Shown in pieces: positions 1-9,733 of a stretch of 56,493 bases of DNA. The DNA is from Yoonia sp. Lineage in GTDB: Bacteria; Pseudomonadota; Alphaproteobacteria; Rhodobacterales; Rhodobacteraceae. Within the stretch, counting starts at the first letter, position 1, and each line of letters starts with the position of its first letter. The DNA lies in contig DAISXL010000001.1 of assembly GCA_036825855.1 (NCBI GenBank), positions 1-56,493 of the forward strand, in the 5' to 3' direction. The notes under the pieces were generated by a model that did not search any database, had not been told where the DNA came from, and saw only the letters and a program-made list of their open reading frames with translations. Both the position numbers and the translations under genes were made by a program.

Positions 1-217
1 CGACCTGCCTTCTGGCACCACGCTGGTCACGGTGCTGCGCGAAACACCTGTCATGGCGGCCCCCGAAAAACTGACCTCGGCCTCGGGTGCAGGCGAGCTG
101 ACCGGCCCCGCCGTCAAACCCCGCAAATCCGACGCACGGATGAGCGGGATGATCGCCACCGCCGCCTTGCTGGTGATGTTCGCGCTGGTCGGGCTGATGG
201 TCTGGGTCGGCGGATGA
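1..217 (+). CDS. 5'-truncated hypothetical protein with C-terminal transmembrane helix
   Basis: Frame is open from the window start (DLPSGTTLVTVLRETP...) and ends in a hydrophobic helix IATAALLVMFALVGLMVWVGG. TGA at 217 lies 22 bp upstream of the pyrC-like gene. Confidence 0.6.
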   Translation, partial: DLPSGTTLVTVLRETPVMAAPEKLTSASGAGELTGPAVKPRKSDARMSGMIATAALLVMFALVGLMVWVGG

Positions 218-239
218 CCCCTTTCACGAAAGCCACCAC

Positions 240-1523
240 ATGACCGCCACTTTCTTTGCTAACGCCCGCATCATCGATCCGGTCGCGCTGACCGATGCAC
301 CGGGCTGCGTTCTGGTCGTGGACGGGCTGATCCATGCCGTCACAGGCGCCGAGGCCACGCCGCCCGTGGGCGCGAAGGTGATCGACTGCAACGGCCTGTG
401 CCTGGCCCCCGGCATCATCGACATCGGCGTGAAAGTCTCCGAACCGGGCGAGCGGCACAAGGAATCTTTCCGCTCTGCCGGCCGTGCGGCGGCGGCGGGG
501 GGTGTCACGACGATCGTCACCCGCCCCGACACCACCCCCGCCATCGACACGCCCGAAAAGCTGGAATTCGTCGCCCGCCGCGCGCAGCTGGATGCGCCCG
601 TGCATGTGCTGCCGATGGCGGCGCTGACGAAAAACCGCGACGGGCAGGAAATGACCGAGATCGGGCTCTTGTCCGATGCGGGTGCGGTCGCCTTCACAGA
701 TTGCGACCATGTGGTCAGCAAGACCAAGGTGCTGGCCCGCGCGCTCAGCTATGCGCGCTCGCTCGATGCGCTGGTGATCGGCCATGTACAGGACCCCGGC
801 CTGTCCGAAGGGGCCGTGGTCACGACCGGCAAATTCGCCTCCCTGCGCGGTCTGCTGGGGGTGTCGCCGATGGCGGAACGCATGGCGCTCGATCGCGATA
901 TCAGCCTGCTGGAAATGACCGGCGCGCGCTATCACATCGACCAGATCACCACCGCCCGCGCCCTGCCCGCGCTGGAACGCGCCAAGCGCAACGGGCTACG
1001 GATCACAGCGGGCGTCAGCATCCACCACCTGACGCTGAACGACATGGACGTGGCCGACTACCGGACCTTTTTCAAACTGACCCCGCCTTTGCGGTCCGAG
1101 GATGACCGCAACGCCGTCGTACAGGCCGTGGCCGAAGGGCTGATCGACGTGATCTGTTCGATGCACACCCCGCAGGACGAGGAAAGCAAGCGCCTGCCGT
1201 TTGAAGAGGCCGCCAGCGGCGCTGTGGGCTTGGAAACCCTGCTGCCCGCCGCACTGCGGCTTTATCATGCAGGCCAGATCGACCTGCCGCGCCTGTTCCG
1301 CGCGCTGGCGCTGAACCCTGCGCGCATCCTTGGGCTGGCGGCAGGGCGGATGCTGGCGGGTGCGCCTGCCGATCTGGTGCTGTTCGATCCGGACGCACCT
1401 TTCCAGCTGGACCGGACGACATTGCAGTCGAAATCGAAAAACACCCCCTTTGACGGCGCGCGTCTGCAAGGCAAGGTGATCGGCACTTGGGTGGATGGCA
1501 CCCTGATCTGGGGGAATGGATAA
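240..1523 (+). CDS. pyrC: Dihydroorotase-like protein, probably catalytically inactive PyrC' type
   Basis: Amidohydrolase/DHOase signatures (EPG.HKES, AAAGGVTT, KLTPPLRS, GAVGLET, SKSKNTPF). Metal/catalytic motifs are degenerate: DIGVK for DxHxH, SMHTP for TDHAP. Confidence 0.88.
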   Translation: MTATFFANARIIDPVALTDAPGCVLVVDGLIHAVTGAEATPPVGAKVIDCNGLCLAPGIIDIGVKVSEPGERHKESFRSAGRAAAAGGVTTIVTRPDTTPAIDTPEKLEFVARRAQLDAPVHVLPMAALTKNRDGQEMTEIGLLSDAGAVAFTDCDHVVSKTKVLARALSYARSLDALVIGHVQDPGLSEGAVVTTGKFASLRGLLGVSPMAERMALDRDISLLEMTGARYHIDQITTARALPALERAKRNGLRITAGVSIHHLTLNDMDVADYRTFFKLTPPLRSEDDRNAVVQAVAEGLIDVICSMHTPQDEESKRLPFEEAASGAVGLETLLPAALRLYHAGQIDLPRLFRALALNPARILGLAAGRMLAGAPADLVLFDPDAPFQLDRTTLQSKSKNTPFDGARLQGKVIGTWVDGTLIWGNG

Positions 1524-2129
1524 ATGCCCATCATGGAAAGCAGCCTTGCCGTGCTGGCACTCTGGGGCGCTGTCGGCTATCTGCTGGGGTCGATCCCCGG
1601 CGGCGTGATCATGGCGCGGCTGATGGGCTTGGGCAATCTGCGCGAGATCGGGTCAGGCAATATCGGGGCGACAAACGTGCTGCGCACTGGCAACAAGAAA
1701 GCCGCCGCCCTGACCTTGGTCTTTGACGCAGGCAAAGGCGCCATCGCCGTGCTGGCCGCGCGCGCCGCAGCGCCGGAAGATGCGGTGCAGCTGGCGGCAT
1801 TGATGGCCTTCATCGGCCATTGCTTTCCGGTCTGGCTGGGTTTCAGGGGCGGCAAGGGGGTTGCGACCTATCTGGGCATCCTGCTGGCGCTGGCATGGCC
1901 GATGGGCCTTGCGGCCTGCGCGATCTGGCTCGCCGTCGCGGTGATCACGCGCTATTCGTCACTGGCCGCCCTCGTCGCGGCAGGCTGGATGCCGGTCGTG
2001 ATGGCGTTTGCGGGCTATGGCGCTAGCACCGTTCTTGCGGGTTGCCTTGGCCTGCTGATCTATGCGCGCCACTGGACCAACATCCAGCGGCTGCGCAACA
2101 AGACCGAAGGCAAGATCGGGGCGAAATAG
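1524..2129 (+). CDS. plsY: Glycerol-3-phosphate acyltransferase PlsY
   Basis: GYLLGSIP, GSGNIGATNVLR, FDAGKG, GHCFPVWLGFRGGKGVAT, and HWTNIQRL motifs. Confidence 0.97.
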   Translation: MPIMESSLAVLALWGAVGYLLGSIPGGVIMARLMGLGNLREIGSGNIGATNVLRTGNKKAAALTLVFDAGKGAIAVLAARAAAPEDAVQLAALMAFIGHCFPVWLGFRGGKGVATYLGILLALAWPMGLAACAIWLAVAVITRYSSLAALVAAGWMPVVMAFAGYGASTVLAGCLGLLIYARHWTNIQRLRNKTEGKIGAK

Positions 2130-2165
2130 CCCCATCTTCCGAGCCGAAATATCCCCGCCGGAGGC
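2130..2165 (+). repeat. REP-like dispersed repeat, copy 1 (core AAATATCCCCGCCGGAGGC)
   Basis: 36-bp unit matches the reverse complement of 41829-41864 at 33/36 positions. Lies between the convergent plsY and gshA stops. Confidence 0.85.
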
Positions 2166-2187
2166 AGCAAGCGCGCAGCGCGCAGCT

Positions 2188-3558
2188 TTAATAGCTGTAT
2201 TCTGCGTAGATCCGGTCCAGATCTCCGGCCCAGTCGCCGTGGTAATGATCCAGCAATTCATCCGCTGGTGTCTTGCCGGTCTCGACGGTTTCCTTGACCG
2301 CATTCAGGAAATGAGTCTCGTCCGGCACCAGACCACCGGCGCCGGGAAGGGCGCGGGCTTTCAGGCCAGCCTCGGAAATTGCCACGACCTCGCGCGCAAG
2401 GGCATGCATGTCGATCCCTTCGACCTTTGCCTGCAATCCGTCCACGGACGCGGCGACCCGCAAGGCATCGCGCTGTTCGGCCGTCCAGTTCTTGCACAGG
2501 TCCCATGCGGCATCCAGCGCGGTCTGGTCATAAAGCAACCCTGTCCAGAACGCGGGCAGCGCGCACAGCCGCCGCCACGGGCCGCCATCCGCACCGCGCA
2601 TTTCGATATATTGCTTCATCCGCGCTTCGGGGAAAACGGTGGTCAGGTGATCGGCCCAATCGGACATGCGCGGCTTTTCACCGGGCAGGGCTGGCAATTC
2701 ACCTTTCAGGAAATCGCGGAACGACATGCCCAAAGCGTCGATATATTTGCCGTCGCGATAGACGAAATACATCGGCACATCGAGCACCCATTGCACCCAG
2801 GCCTCGAAGCCGAAACCGTCCTCGAAAATGAAGGGCACCATACCGGTGCGCGCGGCATCAAGATCGCGCCAGATGCGCGCGCGCCATGATTTATGGCCGT
2901 TCGGCTTGCCTTCAAAGAAGGGTGAATTGGCGAACAATGCGGTCGCCACCGGCTGCAAGGCCACCCCAACACGCATTTTCTGGACCATGTCGGCCTCTGA
3001 CCCGAAATCGAGATTCACCTGCACGGTACAGGTCCGGCGCATCATCGCGGTGCCCATGGTGCCGACGGATTGCATATAGCTGTCCATCAGTTTGTAACGG
3101 CCCTTGGGCATCAGCGGCATCTGGTCATGCGTCCAGACGGGGGCCGCACCAAGGCCGATGAATTTCACGCCGATCTCGTCGGAGACGGCCTTGACCTCGG
3201 CCAGATGGCTGTTCACCTCGTCACAGGTCTGGTGGATCGTCTCCAAAGTTGCGCCCGACAGTTCCAGCGCACCGCCCGGTTCAAGGCTGACATTGGCGCC
3301 ATCCTTGGTCAGGCCAATGATCTTGCCGTCCTCTTCCACGCGGTCCCACGCAAACCGGCTGTGCAACGCCTCCAGCACCGCCTTGATGGAACGGTCGCCC
3401 TCATAGGGCAAAGGTTGCAGGGAATCGGCGCAATAGCCGAATTTTTCATGCTCGGTCCCGATGCGCCACTGGTCTTTGGGCTTGCAGCCTTTGGCCAGCA
3501 ATTCGGCCAACTGGTCGTGATGTTCGATGGGGCCGCCGCCGGTTTGTGGGATGGACAT
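2188..3558 (-). CDS. gshA: Glutamate--cysteine ligase (alphaproteobacterial/plant-like GCS2)
   Basis: WRIGTEHEKF, SLEPGGALELSG, MPKGRY, TCTVQVNLDF, LFANSPF, HLTTVFPEARMK, EMRGADGGP. Confidence 0.96.
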   Translation of the reverse strand: MSIPQTGGGPIEHHDQLAELLAKGCKPKDQWRIGTEHEKFGYCADSLQPLPYEGDRSIKAVLEALHSRFAWDRVEEDGKIIGLTKDGANVSLEPGGALELSGATLETIHQTCDEVNSHLAEVKAVSDEIGVKFIGLGAAPVWTHDQMPLMPKGRYKLMDSYMQSVGTMGTAMMRRTCTVQVNLDFGSEADMVQKMRVGVALQPVATALFANSPFFEGKPNGHKSWRARIWRDLDAARTGMVPFIFEDGFGFEAWVQWVLDVPMYFVYRDGKYIDALGMSFRDFLKGELPALPGEKPRMSDWADHLTTVFPEARMKQYIEMRGADGGPWRRLCALPAFWTGLLYDQTALDAAWDLCKNWTAEQRDALRVAASVDGLQAKVEGIDMHALAREVVAISEAGLKARALPGAGGLVPDETHFLNAVKETVETGKTPADELLDHYHGDWAGDLDRIYAEYSY

Positions 3559-3616
3559 CGGGAAGGCTCCGTTCAGGGATCAGGGGACGTATCCGTGACC
3601 TGCACCAGCGCATCTG

Positions 3617-4135
3617 TCAATGCAAGAGAGGACGCGCACGCGACCATATCACAACCAGCGCATCCGGTGTGCGCGAAAGCACATCCAGCACGGTGCCGGT
3701 CTTGATCCCGGGCAAGCCCGCAAAGACATCGAACAGCGCATCCGCACCGGCGGCGTTGATCGGAATGGCGATGCACTGGCCGCCGATGCCGGACAGGATC
3801 CAGCTCGGCTCTGGGTAGCTGCCGGGGTCAAGTGCCACCTCGGTCAGATCGTCCAGATCGAGGATACCCCCGTCGAGCGGGCCGAAATAGGCAAGCCTGC
3901 GTTCGCGCACCTGCACCACCCCCGGTCCTTCGCCATCCTGCGCAAAACGCGCGCGCTGGATGGCGGCAAAGGCCCAGCCCACACCGATGGCCCCCACCAG
4001 ATAGCCAAGCCAGACCGTGACACCTGCCGCGTTCAGCCCCCACCACAGGCCGAACAGCGCCAGTGCGGCGGCCGCCAGCACCTCGCGCCAGCGCCAGAAA
4101 AAGGCCCGCGCCTCGGGGCGAAAGAAATCAGCCAT
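3617..4135 (-). CDS. Conserved hypothetical membrane protein (2 TM helices plus soluble domain)
   Basis: Start re-assigned to ATG 4135 (MADFFRPEA...WRE), overlapping the upstream GNAT stop. Two TM helices, then GPGVVQVRERRLAYFGP. Confidence 0.75.
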   Translation of the reverse strand: MADFFRPEARAFFWRWREVLAAAALALFGLWWGLNAAGVTVWLGYLVGAIGVGWAFAAIQRARFAQDGEGPGVVQVRERRLAYFGPLDGGILDLDDLTEVALDPGSYPEPSWILSGIGGQCIAIPINAAGADALFDVFAGLPGIKTGTVLDVLSRTPDALVVIWSRARPLLH

Positions 4136-4967
4136 GCACCACCTGCGGTTCTGCGTGCAGCACGATGGCGAAGGTGCCGATCCGGCGGAACCCGATGGCC
4201 TCGTAGGCCTTGCTGGCCGAGGCGGTTGCCGCAAACAGGATCGCACGGGTGACACCGGCCGCGCGCGCCTGCGCCAGATGCAGCGCCACCGCCCGCCGTG
4301 CAAGCCCGCGTGACCGCAAGTCCGGCGGCGTATAGACCCCGCCAACCTGCACCGCATCGGGCAGCAACGCGTTAAAGCCCGTCATCGCCACAGGCGTATC
4401 GCCGTCGCACAGCACCCTGTGGCTGTCCGCCGCAAGATAGCTGTCGATATCCCTGATCGCCGTTGCGTCCACGTTGGTCTCCTGCGTGAGCATCGTCTCC
4501 AACAGATAGGCACGCCGCCAGCCGATGACCAGATCGCGCGGCGCATCGGCCAGGGGCCGCAGGGTAAAGCCCGCGGTGTCCCGCATGACCAGATCGGCCA
4601 AGGGCAGGTCGTAATGCGGTTCCGTCGTGGCATGGCCTGCCGCGCTGTCCAAACCCAGTGCCGCGCGCAGGCCCGCGACCTGCCCGGCCTCGCCCAGAAT
4701 CGCGGCAACCGTGCTGCCCTGCATCGCATCGCGCAGCTCGGCCCAAGGGTGCGTGGGGCAGACCGGAAAAAGAAAACCGGCCTCGGTGATCGCCGCGACA
4801 TCGGTGATCGCGCCACCGTCCTTGCGCAGCCAGAACGCCATCGCGCGCGGATGGCCACCCGCCATGCCGTGGCGGTGCAGGTTCGCCAGCGGGAACATCG
4901 CAATTTGCAGATGGTGGCGCAGGAAGCCTTCAACCTCGGCCCTGTCGGCCAGCGTCGCGCGGATCAT
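4128..4967 (-). CDS. GNAT family N-acetyltransferase (C-terminal FR47-like domain)
   Basis: QVGGVYTPPDLRSRGLA acetyl-CoA motif and AYEAIGF. ATG 4967 overlaps the rsmE stop (ATGA). Confidence 0.88.
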   Translation of the reverse strand: MIRATLADRAEVEGFLRHHLQIAMFPLANLHRHGMAGGHPRAMAFWLRKDGGAITDVAAITEAGFLFPVCPTHPWAELRDAMQGSTVAAILGEAGQVAGLRAALGLDSAAGHATTEPHYDLPLADLVMRDTAGFTLRPLADAPRDLVIGWRRAYLLETMLTQETNVDATAIRDIDSYLAADSHRVLCDGDTPVAMTGFNALLPDAVQVGGVYTPPDLRSRGLARRAVALHLAQARAAGVTRAILFAATASASKAYEAIGFRRIGTFAIVLHAEPQVVHG

Positions 4968-5686
4968 CCCCAGTCGCCCAAGGCCCGCTGCCACAGCGTC
5001 AGTGCCGCGACCGCCGCCGTGTCAGCGCGCAGGATGCGCGGGCCAAGGCTGACGGCATGGGCAAAAGGCAAGGCGCGCAGCCTGTCACGCTCGGCGGGGG
5101 AAAACCCGCCTTCGGGGCCAATCAGCACCGCCCAGGGGCCCGGAATTGTGGGCAGGCGCACCGGCGTGCCGATGGCGGTTTCATCACAGAACATCAGCTG
5201 GCGGTCCTTGGGCCATGCGGCCAGCAGCCGGTTGAGTTTCACCAGATCATCGACAGGGGGGACAAAGGTGCCGCCGCATTGCTCGGACGCCTCGACCGCA
5301 TGGGCCTGCAATTTGTCCTGCCGGATGCGGTTGGCGGATTGGGTATAGTCGGTCTGCACGGGGATAATCCGCGCCGCCCCCAGTTCCACCGCCTTTTCCA
5401 CGATAAAAGCCGTGCGCTCCTTGCGGATCGGGGCAAAGACCAGCCACAGGTCGGGCGGGGTCTGCAAAGGGCGCGTCTGCGCCTGACAGGCCAGAACGCC
5501 GCCTTTGTTGCCGGCCTTTTCGACCACCGCGTCCCATTCGCCGTCACAGCTGTTGATCAGCGACAGCACGTCCCCCATCCCCAACCGCATGACCCCAAAG
5601 AGGTAATGCGCCTGATCGCGGTTCAGCGGAACCGATTGCCCTACCCCCAAGGGGTGATCTACATAAAGCCGGACCTTGGATGCCAT
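4964..5686 (-). CDS. rsmE: 16S rRNA m3U1498 methyltransferase RsmE
   Basis: HYLFGVMRL, EKAVELG, EASEQC, LIGPEGGFS, SLGPRILRADTA. Start at ATG 5686 within the longer track ORF. Confidence 0.96.
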   Translation of the reverse strand: MASKVRLYVDHPLGVGQSVPLNRDQAHYLFGVMRLGMGDVLSLINSCDGEWDAVVEKAGNKGGVLACQAQTRPLQTPPDLWLVFAPIRKERTAFIVEKAVELGAARIIPVQTDYTQSANRIRQDKLQAHAVEASEQCGGTFVPPVDDLVKLNRLLAAWPKDRQLMFCDETAIGTPVRLPTIPGPWAVLIGPEGGFSPAERDRLRALPFAHAVSLGPRILRADTAAVAALTLWQRALGDWG

Positions 5687-5698
5687 GAAGCAGAGCAT

Positions 5699-6664
5699 AT
5701 GACCCAAAACCCCCGGATGCCAGAGCCTGCGGGCACCGTCGCGGATGCCGTGCATGGCAACTGGGTGGACCGGCTGGCCCCTGTGCGCACGCGCCCCTAC
5801 CTGCGGCTGTCGCGCGCGGACAGGCCTGTGGGCACGTGGCTGCTGTATCTGCCCTGCCTGTGGGCGTTGGCGCTGGCGGTGCTGGCAACTGACAGGTTCG
5901 ACAGCTTTGCGGTCTGGATCGTGGCAGGTTGCGGGATCGGGGCGTTCCTGATGCGCGGCGCGGGCTGTACATGGAACGACATCACCGACCGCGACATCGA
6001 TAGATCGGTAGCGCGCACCAGATCGCGGCCGATTCCCTCGGGGCAGACCAGCGTGAAAGCGGCGCTGATCTGGATGATCGCGCAGGCGCTGCTTGCGTTC
6101 GGGATCCTTGTCACTTTTCCGCCCGCAGCGATTGCGCTTGGTATCCTCGCGCTGCTGCCGGTCGCGGTCTATCCATTCGCAAAACGGTTCACATGGTGGC
6201 CGCAGGTGTTTCTGGGCCTTGCGTTCAACTGGGGCGCATTGCTGGCATGGGCTGCGCATACCGGCGGGCTCGGGCTTGCGCCGGTCATGCTTTATGGTGC
6301 GGGGATCGCCTGGACGCTGTTTTACGACACGATCTATGCCTATCAGGATGCCGAGGATGACGCGCTGATCGGCGTGAAGTCCACCGCACGGCTGTTCGGG
6401 GATCAGGCGCGCTGGTGGCTGCGGCTGTTCCTGACGCTGACGGTGATTCTGTTCGGCGCGGCGGTGGTTCTGGCCGCGCAGGACAGATCGATCCTGTCGC
6501 TGGTCATCGCCTTGGGCGGGCCATGGGCCTTGGGCTGGCACCTGACATGGCAGTTGCTGCGCTTTGATTCCACTGACAATCAGGCCCTGTTGCGGCTGTT
6601 CCGGTCCAACCGCGATGCGGGCCTGATCCCTCTGCCGTTTTTCGCCGTGGCGTTTTTCGTATGA
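5699..6664 (+). CDS. ubiA: 4-hydroxybenzoate polyprenyltransferase UbiA
   Basis: LSRADRPVG, MRGAGCTWNDITDRDID, RTRSRPIPSG, YPFAKR, YDTIYAYQD.EDD, GVKSTA. Start at ATG 5699. Confidence 0.96.
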   Translation: MTQNPRMPEPAGTVADAVHGNWVDRLAPVRTRPYLRLSRADRPVGTWLLYLPCLWALALAVLATDRFDSFAVWIVAGCGIGAFLMRGAGCTWNDITDRDIDRSVARTRSRPIPSGQTSVKAALIWMIAQALLAFGILVTFPPAAIALGILALLPVAVYPFAKRFTWWPQVFLGLAFNWGALLAWAAHTGGLGLAPVMLYGAGIAWTLFYDTIYAYQDAEDDALIGVKSTARLFGDQARWWLRLFLTLTVILFGAAVVLAAQDRSILSLVIALGGPWALGWHLTWQLLRFDSTDNQALLRLFRSNRDAGLIPLPFFAVAFFV

Positions 6665-6720
6665 TTGAACACCCCCGCCACAGGGCCTATGCAGGGCCGG
6701 GACATAAGAAACGGAACTGA

Positions 6721-8646
6721 ATGCGCCTCTCTGCCATCTTCATCAGGGTTCTTGCCTTTGCCGTCGCCGCCGGTGGGTCGGTCGCGGCGGCGCAGCTGAC
6801 GGTTGCCACGGTCGAGGATCGGTCCGTCAGCGCGGTCAGGGAAACGCTGGTCGAAAATGGCCATGACTGGGCCGAAGTTCTGGGCGACGGCCTGCAGGTG
6901 ATCCTTGAAGGGACCGCCCCCACCGAAGCCGTGCGCTTTCGCGCCATCTCGGCGGCGGGCGGGGTCGTCGATGCCAGCCGGGTGATCGACAATCTGTCCG
7001 TCGCGGATGCCGCCGATTTCGCGCCGCCCGAATTCAAGATCGAGATTTTGCGCAATGACAGCGGCGTGTCGCTGATCGGTCTGATCCCCGAGAGCATGAA
7101 CAGGGACGCGCTGGCGCGGCGGATCACGCGGATCGCAGATGGCCAGAGCGTCGCCGACCTCTTGGACACAGGTGATTATCCCGTGCCCGAGACATGGCGC
7201 GCCGCCGTCGATTTCGCGCTTGTCGCGCTGGAGATGCTGCCGCGCTCGAAAATCTCGGTGACGGCAGATCGCGTGACCGTCAGCGGCATTTCCGACAATC
7301 TGGTGGAAAAGCGCAGGCTCGAGGCAGAGCTGGCCCGCAGCAGGCCCGAAGGCGTGCGCCTTGGGCTGGAGATCAGCGCACCCCGTCCCGTGATTTCGCC
7401 CTTCACTGTGCGGTTCATTCTGGATGACGATGGCGCGCGTTTTGATGCCTGCGCCGTCGATACTGTCGAAGCGCGCGAAGTCATTCTTGCCGCAGCCACC
7501 GCCGTGGGTCTGGAAGGCCGGGTGAACTGCACGCTGGCCCTTGGCGCGCCGTCGCAGGATTGGGGTGCCGCTGTCGCACTGGCGATCGCAGGGGTCGGCG
7601 AGCTTGGCGGTGGCACCGTGACACTGACCGATACCGATGTGATCCTTGTGGCCTTGCCCGGCACGGAACAGGCGATCTTTGATACCGCAGTCGGCACCTT
7701 GGAAAACAGCCTGCCCGAGGTTTTTGCCCTGACCGCCGAATTGCCCGCCATGCCCGAGGAGAACGCGGAAGGCCCGCCGCAATTCACCGCCACGCTCAGC
7801 CCCGAAGGGCATGTGCAACTGCGTGGGCGGATGCCCGACGACCTGACCAATGTGGTCGCCGAGAATTTCGCCACCGCCAAATTCGGCCAGCGCAACATCA
7901 CGATGCGCACCCGCGTCGTCGAGGACCTGCCGGCAGGCTGGTCGGTGCGCGTGCTTGCGGGGATCGAGGCCTTGTCCGAATTGTCCAACGGTGCCGTCAT
8001 CGTCGAACCCAAGACGATCACCGTGCGCGGCAATACCGGCAATGAAACCGCTGCCGCCGAAATCTCCCGGTTGATGATCGAAAAATTGGGCCAGGCCGCT
8101 GATTACAATCTCGACATCACCTATGTCGAGGAACTGGACTCCATCGCCGCCTTGCCGACGCCAGAGCAATGCATCGCGCAGATCATCGCGATGACCGAAG
8201 GGCGCAAGATCACCTTTGATCCCGGCTCGGCCAGCATCACCGCCGCAGCACAGCCCGTGATCGACGATATCGCCGAGGTCCTGCGGCTCTGCGGTGACCT
8301 GCGCATCCGCGTGGCGGGTTACACAGACAGCCAAGGCCGCGAGGAAATGAACCTGCGTCTGTCGCAAGAGCGCGCCGATGCCGTGCTGACGGCCCTGCGC
8401 GCGCGCCGCGTGCCGGTGTCCACCTTCGAGGCCGTGGGTTACGGCATCGCCGACCCGATCGCCGACAATGGCACCGAAGAAGGCCGCGAGGCCAACCGCC
8501 GCATCGAATTCAGCCTGATCGGGCCCGAGGACGAGGCTGCAGCAAGCGAGGAAACTCCACCCGAAGAGGCCGAAGCGCTTGAAACCGACGCCGAAACGCC
8601 CCAAGACGATGCAGGCGAAGACGACGCGGCAGAGGCAACACCTTGA
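6721..8646 (+). CDS. OmpA family protein with N-terminal BON-like repeats
   Basis: N-terminal signal/TM segment. C-terminal OmpA-like domain (GYTDSQG...NLRLSQERA...GYG..PIADN.TEEGREANRRIEF) followed by an acidic tail. Confidence 0.9.
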   Translation: MRLSAIFIRVLAFAVAAGGSVAAAQLTVATVEDRSVSAVRETLVENGHDWAEVLGDGLQVILEGTAPTEAVRFRAISAAGGVVDASRVIDNLSVADAADFAPPEFKIEILRNDSGVSLIGLIPESMNRDALARRITRIADGQSVADLLDTGDYPVPETWRAAVDFALVALEMLPRSKISVTADRVTVSGISDNLVEKRRLEAELARSRPEGVRLGLEISAPRPVISPFTVRFILDDDGARFDACAVDTVEAREVILAAATAVGLEGRVNCTLALGAPSQDWGAAVALAIAGVGELGGGTVTLTDTDVILVALPGTEQAIFDTAVGTLENSLPEVFALTAELPAMPEENAEGPPQFTATLSPEGHVQLRGRMPDDLTNVVAENFATAKFGQRNITMRTRVVEDLPAGWSVRVLAGIEALSELSNGAVIVEPKTITVRGNTGNETAAAEISRLMIEKLGQAADYNLDITYVEELDSIAALPTPEQCIAQIIAMTEGRKITFDPGSASITAAAQPVIDDIAEVLRLCGDLRIRVAGYTDSQGREEMNLRLSQERADAVLTALRARRVPVSTFEAVGYGIADPIADNGTEEGREANRRIEFSLIGPEDEAAASEETPPEEAEALETDAETPQDDAGEDDAAEATP

Positions 8647-8969
8647 ACAGAACCGAATTCATCATCGCAACGGCAGTGATCCTGTTCGTGGCCTTTGCGC
8701 TGGGCTGGTTCGCCAGTTGGCTGGTGAACCGCTTTACCCGTGTGACCACGTCGGAAATCGGTGAGCTCGACAAGATGGCGCAAGCCCTGCACGAGGCCGA
8801 AGAAACCCGCGATCAGGCGATCACCTATCTGCAACAGCGCGAGGCCGAGATGACCAACCAGCTGTCCCAGACCGAGGCCGAATTGCGCGCCGCGATGGAC
8901 GGCCTGCGCGAGGCCCGCCGCGAGGCCGAGGAATTGCGCGGCTATATCGAACGTCAGCACGCAGGCTGA
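8643..8969 (+). CDS. Small membrane-anchored coiled-coil hypothetical protein
   Basis: TTG start overlaps the OmpA-family stop (TTGA). N-terminal TM helix, then a heptad-rich helical region. Confidence 0.8.
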   Translation: MNRTEFIIATAVILFVAFALGWFASWLVNRFTRVTTSEIGELDKMAQALHEAEETRDQAITYLQQREAEMTNQLSQTEAELRAAMDGLREARREAEELRGYIERQHAG

Positions 8970-8974
8970 CCCTG

Positions 8975-9733
8975 ATGCCCACCACCCTGATCGTTCTGGC
9001 CCATCCCGAACCCCGCTCTTTCAACGCGCAATGGGCGCAGGCAAGCGCAGAGGCGAGTGCGGCCCTTGGCCATGATGTGCTGTGGTCGGACCTTTATGCC
9101 TTGGGCTTTGACCCTGCCGAACGCGCGCAGCATTACGACCACCCTGCCGACGTGCCTTTTGATCCGCTCAAGGCGCAAGGCCATGCCGCCGAGACGGTCT
9201 TGCCCGCCGATGTCGCGGCAGAGGTGGACAAGCTGCGCCGTGCCGACCGGATCATCTTTCACTTTCCGATGTGGTGGTTTTCACCGCCTGCCATGCTCAA
9301 AGGCTGGTGCGACCGCGCCCTGACCCATGGCGCGCTGCACAGCACGGCGGAACGGTTCGACAACGGCATGCTGAAAGGCAAAAAGGCGCTGCTTTGCGTG
9401 ACCACCGGATCAAGCGCCGATGAAAGTGCGCATAACGGCAAGGAAGGCGATGTGAACCTCCTGCTTTGGCCGCTTGCTTATACGTTGCGCTATCTCGGGC
9501 TGACGGTGCTGCAACCCGTCTGCGTGCATGGCGTGCATGGCTATCACCGCGGCGACCGCGCAACGGCTCTGGCGGACAGGCTGGGCAAGGCGCTGGAAGG
9601 TCAGGCGGAGCTGATCGCGGGTTTGGACGCCCTGCCGGAGATCGCCTTCAACGCCGATGACGTTTTCGACGCGCGCGGCAGGCTGCGCGCCGACAGACCC
9701 AGCGTGACGCCGTTCATCCGGCACACCCCGTAG
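8975..9733 (+). CDS. NAD(P)H-dependent (quinone) oxidoreductase, flavodoxin-2 family
   Basis: IVLAHPEPRSFN, DLYALGFDP, FPMWWFSPPAMLKGWCDR, KKALLCVTTG. Confidence 0.9.
   Translation: MPTTLIVLAHPEPRSFNAQWAQASAEASAALGHDVLWSDLYALGFDPAERAQHYDHPADVPFDPLKAQGHAAETVLPADVAAEVDKLRRADRIIFHFPMWWFSPPAMLKGWCDRALTHGALHSTAERFDNGMLKGKKALLCVTTGSSADESAHNGKEGDVNLLLWPLAYTLRYLGLTVLQPVCVHGVHGYHRGDRATALADRLGKALEGQAELIAGLDALPEIAFNADDVFDARGRLRADRPSVTPFIRHTP

Noticed and set aside
4964..6664. Track ORFs 4964-6541 (-) and 5057-6664 (+) suggesting 525/535-aa proteins overlapping by about 1.5 kb
   Set aside because: The N-terminal extensions are antisense read-through of ubiA and rsmE; homology begins at 5686 and 5699.
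6580..8604. 674-aa antisense ORF, and similar long shadow ORFs at 16979-18874, 37981-39528, 50263-51753, 11594-12709 and 41680-42999
   Set aside because: They lie opposite well-supported genes, lack recognisable motifs, and are expected from high-GC codon bias.
8530..8646. Acidic low-complexity C-terminal tail of the OmpA-family protein as a repeat element
   Set aside because: It is a coding low-complexity region with no nucleotide periodicity.
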